From positions 320,001 through 384,000 of the forward strand of contig JASGJN010000026.1 in assembly GCA_049840735.1 (NCBI GenBank): a stretch of 64,000 nt of DNA, in the 5' to 3' direction. This document shows positions 9,398-22,453 of this stretch, one piece after another. Position 1 is the first letter of the stretch; every line of letters begins with the position of its first letter. The notes beneath the pieces were generated by a model. That model saw only the letters and a list, made by a program, of their open reading frames with translations. It ran no database searches and had not been told where the DNA came from. Both the position numbers and the translations under genes were made by a program. Origin of the DNA: Anaeromyxobacter sp. (GTDB taxonomy: Bacteria; Myxococcota; Myxococcia; Myxococcales; Anaeromyxobacteraceae).

Positions 9398-11569
9398 ATG
9401 CTCCTCGCGCCCCTGCTGGCCGCGGCCCTCTCCGCCACCCCCGCCCCGGCCGCCCCGCCCCGCCCGCAGCCGCAGCTGACCCCCGACCCGGGCGTCGAGC
9501 TGGCCGGGCCCGAGCTGGGCGCGGTGCGCGAGCCGTCGGCTCCCGGCGCCTGGGGCGGACCGCGCACCGGGCGCGAGCCGACGCTCTCGGACCGGGTGGC
9601 CAGCTACGTCCTCCGCGCGGAGCTCGATCCGGTGAAGCACACCATCGAGGGGACCGAGCGGCTCACCTGGCGCAACCGCAGCGCGCTGCCCATCCGCAGC
9701 CTCTACCTGCACCTCTACCTGAACGCGTTCGAGTCGGAGGGCTCCCTCGCCAGCCTCGACCGGCGCCGCTTCGGCGACTTCCGCTACGGCCTGGAGACCG
9801 AGGACGGCGAGTGGGGCTCGATCACCCTGCGCTCCGTCCGGCAGGGCGGGCGCGACGCGCGCTGGGCCTTCGTCCACCCCGACGGCGGGCCGGACACCGA
9901 TCACACGGTAATCCAGGTGGAGCTGCCCGAGGCCGTGCCGCCGGGGGGCACCGCGGTGGTGGACCTCGCGTTCCACGATCGGCTGCCGCGCGTGGTGGCC
10001 CGCAGCGGCTGGTTCGACACCTTCCACATGGTGGGCCAGTGGTACCCGAAGGTCGGCGTGCTCGAGCTCCCGGGCGAGCGCGGCGCCACCCGGCCGCGCT
10101 GGAACTGCCACGCGTTCCACATGCTCAGCGAGTTCTACGCCGACTTCGGCAGCTACGACCTGGAGGTGGTGGTGCCGGAGGGCTACGTGGTCGGCGCCGT
10201 GGGCGCGCTCGCGGGCGCGCCGGCCCGCGCCGGCGGCCGGGTGACGTACCGCTTCCGCGCCGACGACGTGCACGACGTGGCCTTCGTCGCCTGGAACGGC
10301 TTCGCGCCGCCGCTGGAAGCCACCTGGACCGGGCCGGGCAGCCCGCCGGTGAAGGTGACGGTGCTCCACCCGCCCGAGTTCGAGCGCTCGGCGCGCGAGA
10401 CGCTGCAGGCCAACCTCGACGCGCTGACCTGGTTCTCGAAGGCGCTCGGGCCCTACCCGTACCCCACCAGCACCGTGGTCATCCCGCCCTACAACGCCGA
10501 GGAGGCCGGCGGGATGGAGTACGAGACCTTCTACACCAGCGTCGGCGCCAACGAGGGCTACACCGCCTCGCCCGGCATGGCCCGCTACGTGGCGGTCCAC
10601 GAGTTCGGCCACGGCTACTTCATGGGCATCCTGGCCTCCAACGAGTTCGAGGAGCCGCTGCTGGACGAGGGGGTCAACGAGTGGCTCGACGTCCGCATGA
10701 TCGGCGACGACGCGCCGGCGCTGGACGTGATCCCGGCGCCGCTGCGCTGGCTGGGCGTGGAGCGCCCGCGCGTGCGCCACTGGGACGTGGAGCGGGCCGC
10801 CGGCCGGCCCGACGAGATCAAGGACCCCATCTCCGGCAACGCCTGGCACCGCTGGTCCGCCGGGAGCTACTTCCTCATCTACCCGCGCTCGGTGCTGGTG
10901 TTCGAGGACCTGGCCGCGCAGCTGGGCCAGGAGACCGCCGACCGCGCCATGAGGCGCTACTACGAGCAGTGGCGGTTCCGGCACCCCAGCACCGCCGACC
11001 TGCGCCAGGCCTGGCTCGACGTCGCGCCGGACGCGGCGGCCCGCGCCACTGTGGACCGCTGGTTCGAGGAGCAGGTCTACCGCGGCACGCCGCTCGACGA
11101 CCGGGTGGTGGCCCTGGAGAGCCGCGAGCTGCTGCCCGAGCTGGGGCTGGGGGCGGACGGCGCCGAGCTGACCGCGGCGGCCCGCGACGCGCGCGTGGAG
11201 CAGGCGCGCGAGGCCTGGCGCAAGGCGCACGGTCCGCCCGATCCGAAGCAGCCCGGCCCGTTCCCGTTCCGCACCACGGTGAGCGCGCGCCGCAAGGGAG
11301 CCCACGTGCCCCGCGCCCTCGAGGTCACCTTCGAGGATGGCACCACGGAGCGGCTGGCCTGGCCCGCCGGCGAGGCCTGGGGGCGGTGGGAGCTGGACCG
11401 GCCGGTCCGCGCCAGCGAGGCGAGGCTGGCCCCGCCCGCGCTGCTCATCGACGCCAACCGCCTGGACGACGGCCGCACCCGCGAGGCGCACCCCGGGACC
11501 TCCGCCGGCCTGGCCCTCGCGGCCGAGGGCTGGCTCCGCTACCTCTACGCGCTCGTGGGTGCCCTGTGA
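9398..11569 (+). CDS. M1 family zinc aminopeptidase (secreted)
   Basis: GGMEY and HEFGH..x18..E (LLDEG) motifs; signal peptide. Confidence 0.92.
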   Translation: MLLAPLLAAALSATPAPAAPPRPQPQLTPDPGVELAGPELGAVREPSAPGAWGGPRTGREPTLSDRVASYVLRAELDPVKHTIEGTERLTWRNRSALPIRSLYLHLYLNAFESEGSLASLDRRRFGDFRYGLETEDGEWGSITLRSVRQGGRDARWAFVHPDGGPDTDHTVIQVELPEAVPPGGTAVVDLAFHDRLPRVVARSGWFDTFHMVGQWYPKVGVLELPGERGATRPRWNCHAFHMLSEFYADFGSYDLEVVVPEGYVVGAVGALAGAPARAGGRVTYRFRADDVHDVAFVAWNGFAPPLEATWTGPGSPPVKVTVLHPPEFERSARETLQANLDALTWFSKALGPYPYPTSTVVIPPYNAEEAGGMEYETFYTSVGANEGYTASPGMARYVAVHEFGHGYFMGILASNEFEEPLLDEGVNEWLDVRMIGDDAPALDVIPAPLRWLGVERPRVRHWDVERAAGRPDEIKDPISGNAWHRWSAGSYFLIYPRSVLVFEDLAAQLGQETADRAMRRYYEQWRFRHPSTADLRQAWLDVAPDAAARATVDRWFEEQVYRGTPLDDRVVALESRELLPELGLGADGAELTAAARDARVEQAREAWRKAHGPPDPKQPGPFPFRTTVSARRKGAHVPRALEVTFEDGTTERLAWPAGEAWGRWELDRPVRASEARLAPPALLIDANRLDDGRTREAHPGTSAGLALAAEGWLRYLYALVGAL

Positions 11570-12699
11570 TCCCTGGCCTCCCTTCGCTGCTCCGCCTGGG
11601 GCTGGTCCGCGCCTCGCGCTGGCGGGTGCTGGCGCTCTTCTCCACGCTGGCGCTGGTGGCGTCGGCCGCGGCCGTGCTGCCGCTCTGGGCCTACCTGGCG
11701 GGCCAGCTGGACCACGCCGTCGGGCCGGACGCGACCGGCCCGGTCACCACCGGCCTGCTGCTGGAGCTGACCCGCGGCCTGTCCGAGAACGGCGGCGGGG
11801 TGTCGATCGGGCTGGGGCTGGTGGGCGGCCTGGCGCTGTCCCTGCTGCTCGGCCCCTGGTCGGCCGGCGCCGCCATGGCCGAGGCTCGCGCCGAGGCGCC
11901 GCTCCGGTTCCGGGCGCTGCTGGGGGCGGCGGGTCAGCTCTACGGCCGGCTGCTGCGGCTCTGGCTGGTGGCGCTGATCCCGCTGGGCGCGGCGGCTGGC
12001 GTCTCCGCGGCGCTGGTGCACCACGCCGGCGATCGGGCCGCGCACGCGCTCACCGAGGCCGAGGCGCTGGCGGCGCAGCGGCACGGGCTGTGGGGCGCCC
12101 TGGCCGTGGTCTTCCTGGCGCAGCTCACCGTGGAGGCCGCGCGGGCCGAGCTGGCCGCCCGCCCGGAGCGGCGAAGCGCGCTGCTGGCCTGGGCGGCCGG
12201 CAGCTGGCTGGTGCTGCGCAGGCCGGTCCGGACGCTGGTGTCCGGCGCGCTGGGCGTGGCGCTGGCCCTGCTCGCCAGCGGCGCGTTCATGGCCCTCCGC
12301 GGCCGGCTGCCGTCCGGCGCGGGCTTTACCGCGCTGGGGTTCCTGCTGGCCACCCTGGCCAGCGCCGGCGTGGCCTGGGGGCGCGCGGTCCGGCTCGGCG
12401 CGCTGGCCGAGCTGGCGGCGCACGACGAGGTGGTGCGGGCGGAGCGCAGGGCGCGGCGCGCCGAGCGCAAGCAGGCGAGACGCGCGGCGAAGCAGCAGGC
12501 GCGCCAGGCGGACGGGGCCCCGGCGCCGGTCGCCCCGGCGCTGCCGCTCCAGCCCGACGCGCCGGCCGCGTTCGAGCCGGCGCTGCCGTCCGGCGTGCCC
12601 GCCGCGCCGGAGCCCGCGTCGCAGCCCCCGGCGTCGCCGGCCACGGAGGCAGCCCAGGCTCCCGGCCCCGCGCCGGACCCCGGCGTCGCAGACCCGTGA
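11566..12699 (+). CDS. Multi-pass membrane protein coupled to the M1 peptidase
   Basis: GTGA overlap with the peptidase stop; several hydrophobic helices; Pro/Ala-rich tail. Confidence 0.7.
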   Translation: MIPGLPSLLRLGLVRASRWRVLALFSTLALVASAAAVLPLWAYLAGQLDHAVGPDATGPVTTGLLLELTRGLSENGGGVSIGLGLVGGLALSLLLGPWSAGAAMAEARAEAPLRFRALLGAAGQLYGRLLRLWLVALIPLGAAAGVSAALVHHAGDRAAHALTEAEALAAQRHGLWGALAVVFLAQLTVEAARAELAARPERRSALLAWAAGSWLVLRRPVRTLVSGALGVALALLASGAFMALRGRLPSGAGFTALGFLLATLASAGVAWGRAVRLGALAELAAHDEVVRAERRARRAERKQARRAAKQQARQADGAPAPVAPALPLQPDAPAAFEPALPSGVPAAPEPASQPPASPATEAAQAPGPAPDPGVADP

Positions 12700-12717
12700 G
12701 TCCCTGATCGGCGGCCG

Positions 12718-12879
12718 CTACAGCCGCCCTTCGCCCTCGCCGCCGGGGGAGCCGCTCTCCTGGTCGTAGCCCGACCGTTCGCGCCGCTCCTCGAAGGCCA
12801 GGTCACCCCTGGCCCGCCGCTCCCGCTCCGGCGAGTCGCCCGACTCCGGCGCCAGGTGCTCGTCGTCCTTCTCCGGCAC
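12718..12879 (-). CDS. Small acidic hypothetical protein (53 aa)
   Basis: AAGGA RBS before GTG; MPEKDDEHLAPESGDS... Confidence 0.4.
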   Translation of the reverse strand: MPEKDDEHLAPESGDSPERERRARGDLAFEERRERSGYDQESGSPGGEGEGRL

Positions 12880-13027
12880 GTCCTTGCGTTCGGTGGGATC
12901 CGATGACGAGACCGTGGGGATGCCCGCGGGTCCCTGCAATCCGGGCAGGCGTGCGTGCCGCGGGTTGCCCCCGACGCCGTCCTGCCGCAGGGTCCCGCCG
13001 CCGGGTCGCCCCCCCGTTCGGTCTGGG

Positions 13028-13086
13028 CCCTTCGACTTCGCGCCCGCTGCGCGAGCGCCACGGTCCAGGCGGGCGGAGTCGAAGGG
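13028..13086. repeat. Degenerate REP-like palindrome
   Basis: cccttcgact ... ggagtcgaaggg inverted ends shared with the dispersed REP family. Confidence 0.6.
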
Positions 13087-13150
13087 CACGGTCCCGACAC
13101 TCCGTCCCCGAGGGGTCGCGGATGTGCCGTCGCGCTCCAGGAGGCGGATC

Positions 13151-14585
13151 ATGGAGCCGATCGTGTCCCGTGCCTCGCGAGCCCTGGCGGCGGAGCGGCC
13201 GGCGGCCGTGGCCGGCTCGTTCTACCCCGGCGCGCCGGTCGCGCTGCGCGCCCAGGTGGAGGCGCTGCTGGCGGCCGCGCCGGTGCGCTGCGCCCGCCGG
13301 CCCAAGGCGCTGGTGGTCCCGCACGCCGGCTACGTCTACTCCGGCCCCATCGCCGCCAGCGCCTACGCGCAGCTGCGGGCCCCCGGCGCGGCGGTGCGCC
13401 GGGTGGTGCTGCTGGGGCCGGCGCACCACGTGGCGGTCACCGGGCTGGTGCTGCCCGGCGCGGCGGCCTTCCTGACGCCGCTCGGCGCCGTGCCCGTCGA
13501 TCCCGAGGGCGTGGGGCAGGCGCGGGCGCTCCCGCAGGTGGGCACCAGCGCCCACGCCCACGCGCTGGAGCACTCGCTGGAGGTGCAGCTGCCCTTCCTG
13601 CAGGTGCTGCTCCCGTCCTTCTCGCTGGTGCCGCTGGCGGTGGGGCGCGCCTCGCCGGAGGAGGTGGCGGACGTGCTGGAGGCGCTCTGGGGCGGGCCGG
13701 AGACGCTGCTGCTCATCTCCACCGATCTCTCCCACCACCTGCCGCTGGCCGAGGCCCGCCAGGTGGACGGCCGCACCGCACGGCAGGTCATGGCGCTCGA
13801 CGCCCACGGGCTGGCCTGGGAGCAGGCCTGCGGCCGGGTCGGCCTCTCCGGCCTGCTGCTGGCGGCGCGCCGCCGCGGCCTCGCGCCGGAGCAGCTGGAC
13901 CTCCGCACCAGCGCCGACACCGCCGGCGATCCGGAGGCCGTGGTGGGCTACGCGGCCTTCGCCTTCCACGAGCCGCCCGGCGAGGGCGCGGTGGCCACCG
14001 GCGCCGAGGTGGCGGCCGCGCCGGGCGCGGAGGCCGAGCACCGCCGCCGCGCCGCGCTGGCCACCGGCCTGGCCCGCGCCGCCATCGCCAGCTGCTTCGG
14101 GGCGCCGGCCCCGGCGCCGCCCGCCGGCGAGGCCTGGCTCGCGGCCGAGCGCTCCTGCTTCGTCTCGCTCCACCTGGGCGGCGACCTGCGCGGCTGCATC
14201 GGCGCGGTCTGGCCGCGCGGGGCGCTTGGGCCGGGAGATCATCCGCTGCGCGCAGGCGGCGGCGCTGGAGGACCACCGCTTTCCGCCGCTGCGCGCGGAG
14301 GAGCTGGCCGGGCTGGAGATCGAGGTCACGGTCCTCTCCGCGCCGGAGCCGGTGCCCGCCGCCACCGAGGCGGAGGCCTGCCGCGGGCTGCGCCCCGGCC
14401 TCGACGGCGCCCTGCTGCAGGCGGAGGGGCGGCAGGGCGTCTTCATCCCGCAGATGTGGGCGCAGCTCCCGGACCCGCACGACTTCCTGCGCCAGCTGCG
14501 GCGCAAGGCCGGGCTGGCCGAGGGCTGGTCGCCGGACACCCGGCTCTGGCGCTTCACCGCCGAGGTGCTGGAGGCGCCCCCGTGA
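13151..14585 (+). CDS. amrB: AmmeMemoRadiSam protein B (MEMO) fused to protein A (AMMECR1); apparent frameshift at ~14227
   Basis: RPAAVAGSFYP, VPHAGYVYSG, EHSLEVQLPFLQ, STDLSH and VVGY motifs, then CFVSLH..DLRGCIG / DHRFPPL..EL / FIPQMW..LP (AMMECR1) continuing in the shifted frame. Confidence 0.85.
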
Positions 14586-15655
14586 TCGGCCCGGGCCACG
14601 CGCGCTGGTGGCACGCCCTCCCGGACGGACGGCTCCAGTGCGACCTCTGCCCGCGGGAGTGCCGGCTCCATGAGGGCCAGCGGGCCTTCTGCTTCGTGCG
14701 CCAGCGCCAGGGCGACCGGCTGGTGCTCACCACCTGGGGCCGCTCCAGCGGCTTCTGCGTGGACCCCATCGAGAAGAAGCCGCTGGCCCACTTCCACCCC
14801 GGCACCAGCGTCCTCTCCTTCGGCACCGCCGGCTGCAACCTGGGCTGCCGCTTCTGCCAGAACTGGGACATCTCCAAGGCCCGCGACTGGGATCGCCTGG
14901 CCGACCAGGCCAGCCCCGAGGCCATCGCGAGCGAGGCGGTGCGGCTGGGCTGCCGCAGCGTGGCGTTCACCTACAACGACCCGGTCATCTTCGCCGAGTA
15001 CGCCATGGACGTGGCCGACGCCTGCCACGCCCGCGGCGTGGAGACCGTGGCGGTCACCGCCGGCTACGTCTGCCCGGAGCCGCGGCGCGAGCTGTTCGCG
15101 AAGATGGACGCCGCCAACGTGGACCTGAAGGGCTTCACCGAGGGCTTCTACGAGCGGCTCTGCTTCGCGCGGCTCGGGCCGGTGCTGGAGACGCTGGAGT
15201 ACCTGGCGCGCGAGACCACCTGCTGGCTGGAGGTGACCACGCTGCTCATCCCCGGCCAGAACGACTCGCCGGAGGAGGTGGGGCTGCTCTGCGCCTGGAT
15301 GGCGGAGCACCTGGGGCCGGACGTGCCGCTCCACTTCACCGCCTTCCACCCCGACTTCAAGCTGACCGACGTCCCCGCCACGCCGGCGGAGACGCTGCGC
15401 CGGGCCCGCCGGCAGGGGCTGGACGCCGGCCTGCGCTACGTCTACGTGGGCAACGTCCACGACGTGGAGGGCGACACCACCTGGTGCCCGCGCTGCGAGG
15501 CGGCCGTGATCGCCCGCGACTGGTACGAGATCATCGACTACCGGCTCGACGCCGAGGGGTGCTGCCGCGCTTGCGGCCAGCGCATCCCCGGCCGGTTCGA
15601 CCCGGCGCCCGGCCACTTCGGGCGGCGGCGGCTGCCGGTCCAGCTGTCACCCTGA
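14582..15655 (+). CDS. amrS: AmmeMemoRadiSam radical SAM enzyme
   Basis: CDLCPREC, DPIEKKPLAHF, GCNLGCRFCQNWDIS (CxxxCxxC) and YVYVGNV motifs. Confidence 0.92.
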   Translation: MIGPGHARWWHALPDGRLQCDLCPRECRLHEGQRAFCFVRQRQGDRLVLTTWGRSSGFCVDPIEKKPLAHFHPGTSVLSFGTAGCNLGCRFCQNWDISKARDWDRLADQASPEAIASEAVRLGCRSVAFTYNDPVIFAEYAMDVADACHARGVETVAVTAGYVCPEPRRELFAKMDAANVDLKGFTEGFYERLCFARLGPVLETLEYLARETTCWLEVTTLLIPGQNDSPEEVGLLCAWMAEHLGPDVPLHFTAFHPDFKLTDVPATPAETLRRARRQGLDAGLRYVYVGNVHDVEGDTTWCPRCEAAVIARDWYEIIDYRLDAEGCCRACGQRIPGRFDPAPGHFGRRRLPVQLSP

Positions 15656-15726
15656 CAAACACGCCGCGACCCAGCTCACCCACCAGCCGAGCTGGCCGCC
15701 GCGGTGGCCGAGCTGATCCCGAAAGC

Positions 15727-15775
15727 CCGTTCGCCCTGAGCGCAGCCGTGGCGAAGCCGCGGCGGAGTCGAAGGG
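15727..15775 (+). repeat. REP-like element
   Basis: ccgttcgccctgagcgca-[gccgtggc gaa gccgcggc]-ggagtcgaaggg between convergent genes. Confidence 0.75.
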
Positions 15776-15795
15776 CGGCGCCGCCCGAGGCCTGC

Positions 15796-17817
<2,022 letters not shown>

Positions 17818-17916
17818 CTAGCGGTCCCGACGCGCCGCGCCGCGTCACGGGAGGGACGGGTCCTGGTGTAGATTGCGCGGTGGGGCCCGCGCTCGGGGGC
17901 CCGAGGAGTCCCGAAC

Positions 17917-18792
17917 GTGAAGGTCTCAGGGTTCACCTTCGTCCGCGACGCGGTCCGGTTCAGCTACCCGGTGGTCGCCGCCATCCGCTCCATCCTCCCG
18001 CTCTGCGACGAGCTGGTGGTCAACGTCGGCGTCTCGCAGGACGGGACCCTGGACCTGGTCCGCTCCATCGACGACCCGCGGCTCGTCATCTTCGAGTCCA
18101 CCTGGGACGAGGGCCTGCGCAAGGGCGGCGCCATCCTGGCCCAGCAGACCGACCTGGCGCTGGACCGGTGCACCGGCGACGTGGGGATCTACGTGCAGGC
18201 CGACGAGGCCATGCACGAGGACGATCACCCGGCGGTGCGCGCCGCGCTGGAGCGGCTGCACCAGGACCCGCGCGCCGAGGGGCTGCTCTTCGACTACGTC
18301 CACTTCTACGGCTCCTTCCACACCGTGGGGGTGGCGCGGCGCTGGTACCGGCGCGAGGTGCGGGCGGTGAAGCTGGGCGTGGGGGTCCGCTCCTGGCGCG
18401 ACGCGCAGGGGTTCCGGATCGGCGAGGGCCCGTCGGCGCGCAAGCTGGCGGTGCTGCCGGCCGGCGCGCGCATGTACCACTACGGCTGGGTCCGGCCGCC
18501 CGAGGCCATGGGCCAGAAGGCGGCCGACTTCCACCGCTGGTACCACGGCGACGAGGTGGTGCGGCGGGCGATGGAGCGGCAGTTCACCTACGACGTCGAG
18601 GAGCGGGTCCGCCCCTTCACCGGCACCCACCCCGGCCCCATGCGCGACCACGTGGCGGCGGCCGACTGGCCCTTCACGCCGCGGCCGCAGCGGCTGGTCC
18701 GGCGCGGCCGGATCCGGCGCGACCTGCTGGACCTGCTCGAGCGCGCCACCGGCGTGCGGCTGGGCGAGTACCGGAACTACCGGGAGCTGTAG
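17917..18792 (+). CDS. Glycosyltransferase family 2 protein
   Basis: SGFTFVR..YP..IRSILPLCDE, YVQADE (DxD-like) and YHYGWVRPP motifs. Confidence 0.85.
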   Translation: MKVSGFTFVRDAVRFSYPVVAAIRSILPLCDELVVNVGVSQDGTLDLVRSIDDPRLVIFESTWDEGLRKGGAILAQQTDLALDRCTGDVGIYVQADEAMHEDDHPAVRAALERLHQDPRAEGLLFDYVHFYGSFHTVGVARRWYRREVRAVKLGVGVRSWRDAQGFRIGEGPSARKLAVLPAGARMYHYGWVRPPEAMGQKAADFHRWYHGDEVVRRAMERQFTYDVEERVRPFTGTHPGPMRDHVAAADWPFTPRPQRLVRRGRIRRDLLDLLERATGVRLGEYRNYREL

Positions 18793-18834
18793 CGCGGCGG
18801 TTGTGGGACGAGGTTCACCGTGCGAGGATGACAC

Positions 18835-21482
18835 GGTGAGTACGTCCACGCGCCGCGCGAGCCCGCCGCTCCTCCACGTCCCCGCCCTGCTCCTCCTGGC
18901 CGCCCTGGGCTGCCAGTCCGCCAGCACCGGCGGCGAGCAGCAGCCGCCCCCGCCCGGCGCCCGGGTGGGCGAGGAGCTGCTCTTCCTGGCCGACGACCTG
19001 GTGGCCGCGGCGGGCGACACGCTGCCCGACCCGCTGCACGCCCGCTACCTCTGGACGTTCGGCGACGACCGCGGGCCAGGGGCAGAGGCCCGGTCCGCCA
19101 CCTACGCCTATGGCAGCCCGGGGACCTTCACCGTCCGCCTCGAGGTGACGCCCGCCACCCACGCCGGCGACGGTGGCACGCCCGCCAACGACGACGACGA
19201 CACCTGGACCTTCGCCGACGCGGACACCCGCGTCTACACGCAGCAGGTGACCGTCACCGGGACCGCGCCGCCCCTGGCCCCGGTGGTGCCCGACGCGCCG
19301 CTGCTGGCGGCGTCCTTCGACGGCAGCCTGGCCTCCACCGGCGCGGCCCTGGCCTGGCGGGACGACGCGCGGGGCGCCTGGGTGAACGGCTACGCCGGCC
19401 AGGGGCTGGACCTCTCCGGCGGCGCCGCCCTGGTGGTGGACCCGGCCACGCTGGTGCAGGGGCGCGGGGAGCTGACCGTCTCCTTCCGCTCGCGGCGCAC
19501 GGCCCTCGACGCCGAGGCGAGCGCGCTGGTCTGGCAAGGGACGGCCAACACCTACCAGCCGGTGATCCGGTTCCTGATCGGCAGCGAGGGCACGACGGAG
19601 CTGCTGCAGCTCTACACGCTCTCCTCGGCCGGGGCCAACACCGCCGCCTTCAACCTGGGGCGCGACCTGGCCTGGCACCACTACGCCTTCACCTACTCGG
19701 CCTCCGCCGGCCGGGCCCGCATCTACCGCGACGGCGCGCTGGTGGCGGAGAAGGCGGTCTCCGGAGCGCTGGCGGCCGGCACCACCCCGCTCCTGCTCGG
19801 CCACGGGGAGGTCCAGACCTCGGCCGGCCTCGGGCAGCACCACTTCCGCGGCGTGGTGGACGACCTGCGCGTCTACGGCCGCGAGCTGTCCGGCGCCGAG
19901 CTCTCCCGCGCCTTCGCGGTGCGCCACGCCGACTTCCACGGCCACGTGGCCCAGCCCATCCTGGTGGAGGTGCCGGACGCGGTGGTGGCGGACGCCGGCG
20001 CGCGGCTGCGGGCCACCGTCTCCGGTGGCGCCCTGGGCTCGCCGCTGGTGCTGCTGGACCAGACCGGGCTCGACGCCACCACGCGCCTGGTGCTGCGCAA
20101 CGCCGAGCTCCCTGGCTCCCCGGCGGACTACGCGCTCCAGGTCGAGGTCCGCGACGGCCAGGGCTCCGTCCTGTTCACGCAGCGCGAGCCCTTCCGCAAG
20201 ACCCACGACGGCCCGCCGCGGGTGGGCGTGGACGAGAACGGCGCCGTCTGCCTGGACGGCGTCCCCTTCTTCCCGGTGACGCCCTGGGGGCTGAACGACG
20301 CCGACGTGGGACCGTGGGTGGAGGCCGGGTACGTCAACGCCATGTACGGCCAGGGCTTCTGGCCCGGGACCCGCACCGTGGCCGGCTACCAGGCCTACCT
20401 GGACGCCGCCGGGGCGGCCGGCGTGGGCGTGATCGGCCCGGCCAGCTGGGACGGGATGGGAACGTGCTCAACTACGGGACCCCCAGCTACCCGTTCATCC
20501 GCTGCTCGTCGCTGGACGGGCTGCGCGCCTACGTGACCGCGCTCCGGGACCACCCGGCGACGCAGATGTGGCAGTGGATGGACGAGCCGGAGCTGCGCGG
20601 CGCCACCGCCCAGACCGTGCGCAGCTGGACCCGGGCCAGCCACGATCTCGAATCCGCAGCACCTGGTGGCCACCAACTACATGGGCCACCCCTACTCGTA
20701 CACCAACGGTCCGGGCTCCTGGTGGCACCGGGAGCGGCACACCTACGCGCTGGGCTGGAACGACGCCGTGTTCGGCGGCGGGCGAGCCGTCACCGACGTG
20801 GTGGGCGTCGACTACTACCCGCTCGACGGGGTCCGCGCAGGCATCACCGACACCATGCACCGGCTGGGCACCGTGCTCGACACCATCCGCGACGAGAACC
20901 TGGGGCTCCTGCCGGTCTTCTCCTACGTGGAGACGGCGGACGCCGGCAACACCGGCGGGACCGGCCACCCCACGCCCTGGAAGCCCACCCCGGCGCAGCT
21001 GCGGATGATCACCTGGTTCAACGTGGCCCACGAGGCGAAGGGCATCGACTGGTTCCACTACTTCAGCGGCGGGCAGGGCTACTCGACGCCGCCGGAGGAC
21101 CTGGTGGAGCTGGCCACCTTCACACGGCAGATTGGCGAGCTCTCCCCGGCCGTGCTGGGGCCGCGCACCGGCCGCACCGTGACGGTCGCGGCCAGCGGCG
21201 GCGGGCGGGTGGACACGCTCCTGCGCCGGCACCAGGGGCGCTGGCTGCTGATCGCGGTGCGGGTCTCGGAGTTCGCCTACCAGGACGCCACCGCCACCAC
21301 GCCGCCGCCGCCGGCGCAGCCCGACCCCATCACCGTCCAGCTCTCGATCGACGGGGCGCCCCTCGAGGACGCCGCGGCGGAGGTGTACGAGGAGGGGCGG
21401 ACGGTGCAGGTGTCCGGCGGGACGCTGACCGACACCTTCGCGCCCTACGCCGTGCACATCTACTGGATTCGACGGAGCGTGA
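18835..21482 (+). CDS. PKD + LamG-like + putative glycoside hydrolase barrel lipoprotein; apparent frameshifts at ~20460, ~20651 and ~21468
   Basis: Lipobox AALGC; YLWTFGD PKD; WHHYAFTY...FRGVVDDLRVY LamG; LDGVPFFP, WQWMDEP and GVDYYP; three track ORFs join into one protein. Confidence 0.7.
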
Positions 21483-21501
21483 CGGCGACGCCCCGGGCCT
21501 G

Positions 21502-22317
21502 CTACTGCCCCGTCAGGCTCCCGCCGTCCCCGCGCCCCTCGATCACGTCGGTCAGCCGCCGCACGAAGTAGGGGGCCACCGTCACGGCGAAGTCGTGATC
21601 CGGGTGGCTGTCGCCGGCCGAGTAGGCGTCGTTGAGGTACAGCCCCTCGGTCGAGCCGGCGGTCTCCAGCGCGCGGAAGTCCCAGACGAAGATGTTGTCC
21701 CCCGCCACGTCCCAGGTGCCCTTCACCCAGTCGGCGAAGGCCTGCGCGCGCAGCGCGTGTTCGCGGCTGGTCTCGCCCTGCTTGCGCGCCGAGCCGGTCC
21801 AGACCAGGAACTTCTTCTGCGGGAAGGCGTGCAGCCGCGTCTTGAGCGCCGCGTACTGCAGCTTGTAGTTGGGCAGGGTCTTCTCCGCGCTGCTCACCGA
21901 GGCGGTGCCGTCCGGCGCCACGTCGCTCACCGGGAAGCAGTGCTTGAAGACGATCACGTCGTAGAGCGCGGCCAGGTCGTCCAGGTTGAGCTCCTGGCGG
22001 TCGCGGCTCGAGCCGGTGTGGGCCACCCACAGGTTCCAGTAGTCGTAGGGGTAGTTGTCCCAGGGGTAGCCGTTGGCGGTGAGCGGGTAGTCCCGCTGCT
22101 CGATGGTGTAGCTGGTCCCGTGGGCGCCGTTGTACGCGGTCAGCAGGTCGGCCACGCCGCCGCCCCAGACCACGCCCCCGGTGCTGTGGTGCAGGTAGCC
22201 GACGCGCGCCGCGCCGGGCGGGGTGACGACGTCGGAGGAGCCCGCGCCGGCGGAGCAGCTCGCGGCCAGCAGGGCGAGCGCGGTCGGGAGGGCGAGGCTC
22301 GGGCGGAGGGCGCGCAT
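21502..22317 (-). CDS. Hypothetical lipoprotein (SGNH-like fold possible)
   Basis: Lipobox LAASC; LHHSTG, YDVIVFKHCFP and DSHP motifs. Confidence 0.7.
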   Translation of the reverse strand: MRALRPSLALPTALALLAASCSAGAGSSDVVTPPGAARVGYLHHSTGGVVWGGGVADLLTAYNGAHGTSYTIEQRDYPLTANGYPWDNYPYDYWNLWVAHTGSSRDRQELNLDDLAALYDVIVFKHCFPVSDVAPDGTASVSSAEKTLPNYKLQYAALKTRLHAFPQKKFLVWTGSARKQGETSREHALRAQAFADWVKGTWDVAGDNIFVWDFRALETAGSTEGLYLNDAYSAGDSHPDHDFAVTVAPYFVRRLTDVIEGRGDGGSLTGQ

Positions 22318-22453
22318 GGAGGGACCTCGGGGAGGCGAGGGCAGTCACCGATGGTGATGCGGGAGGCGGGACCATCCTAGGCCCGGCGGCGCAGCCTGGC
22401 CAGCGCGCGCACGTACCGACAGCCCTGGTCGCACTCCCTCGGGTCAGCGCCGT

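Noticed and set aside
12884..15655. 923-aa MEMO-radical SAM fusion in the ORF track
   Set aside because: Artefact of the ~14227 indel; AmrA continues in another frame and AmrS has its own start at 14582.
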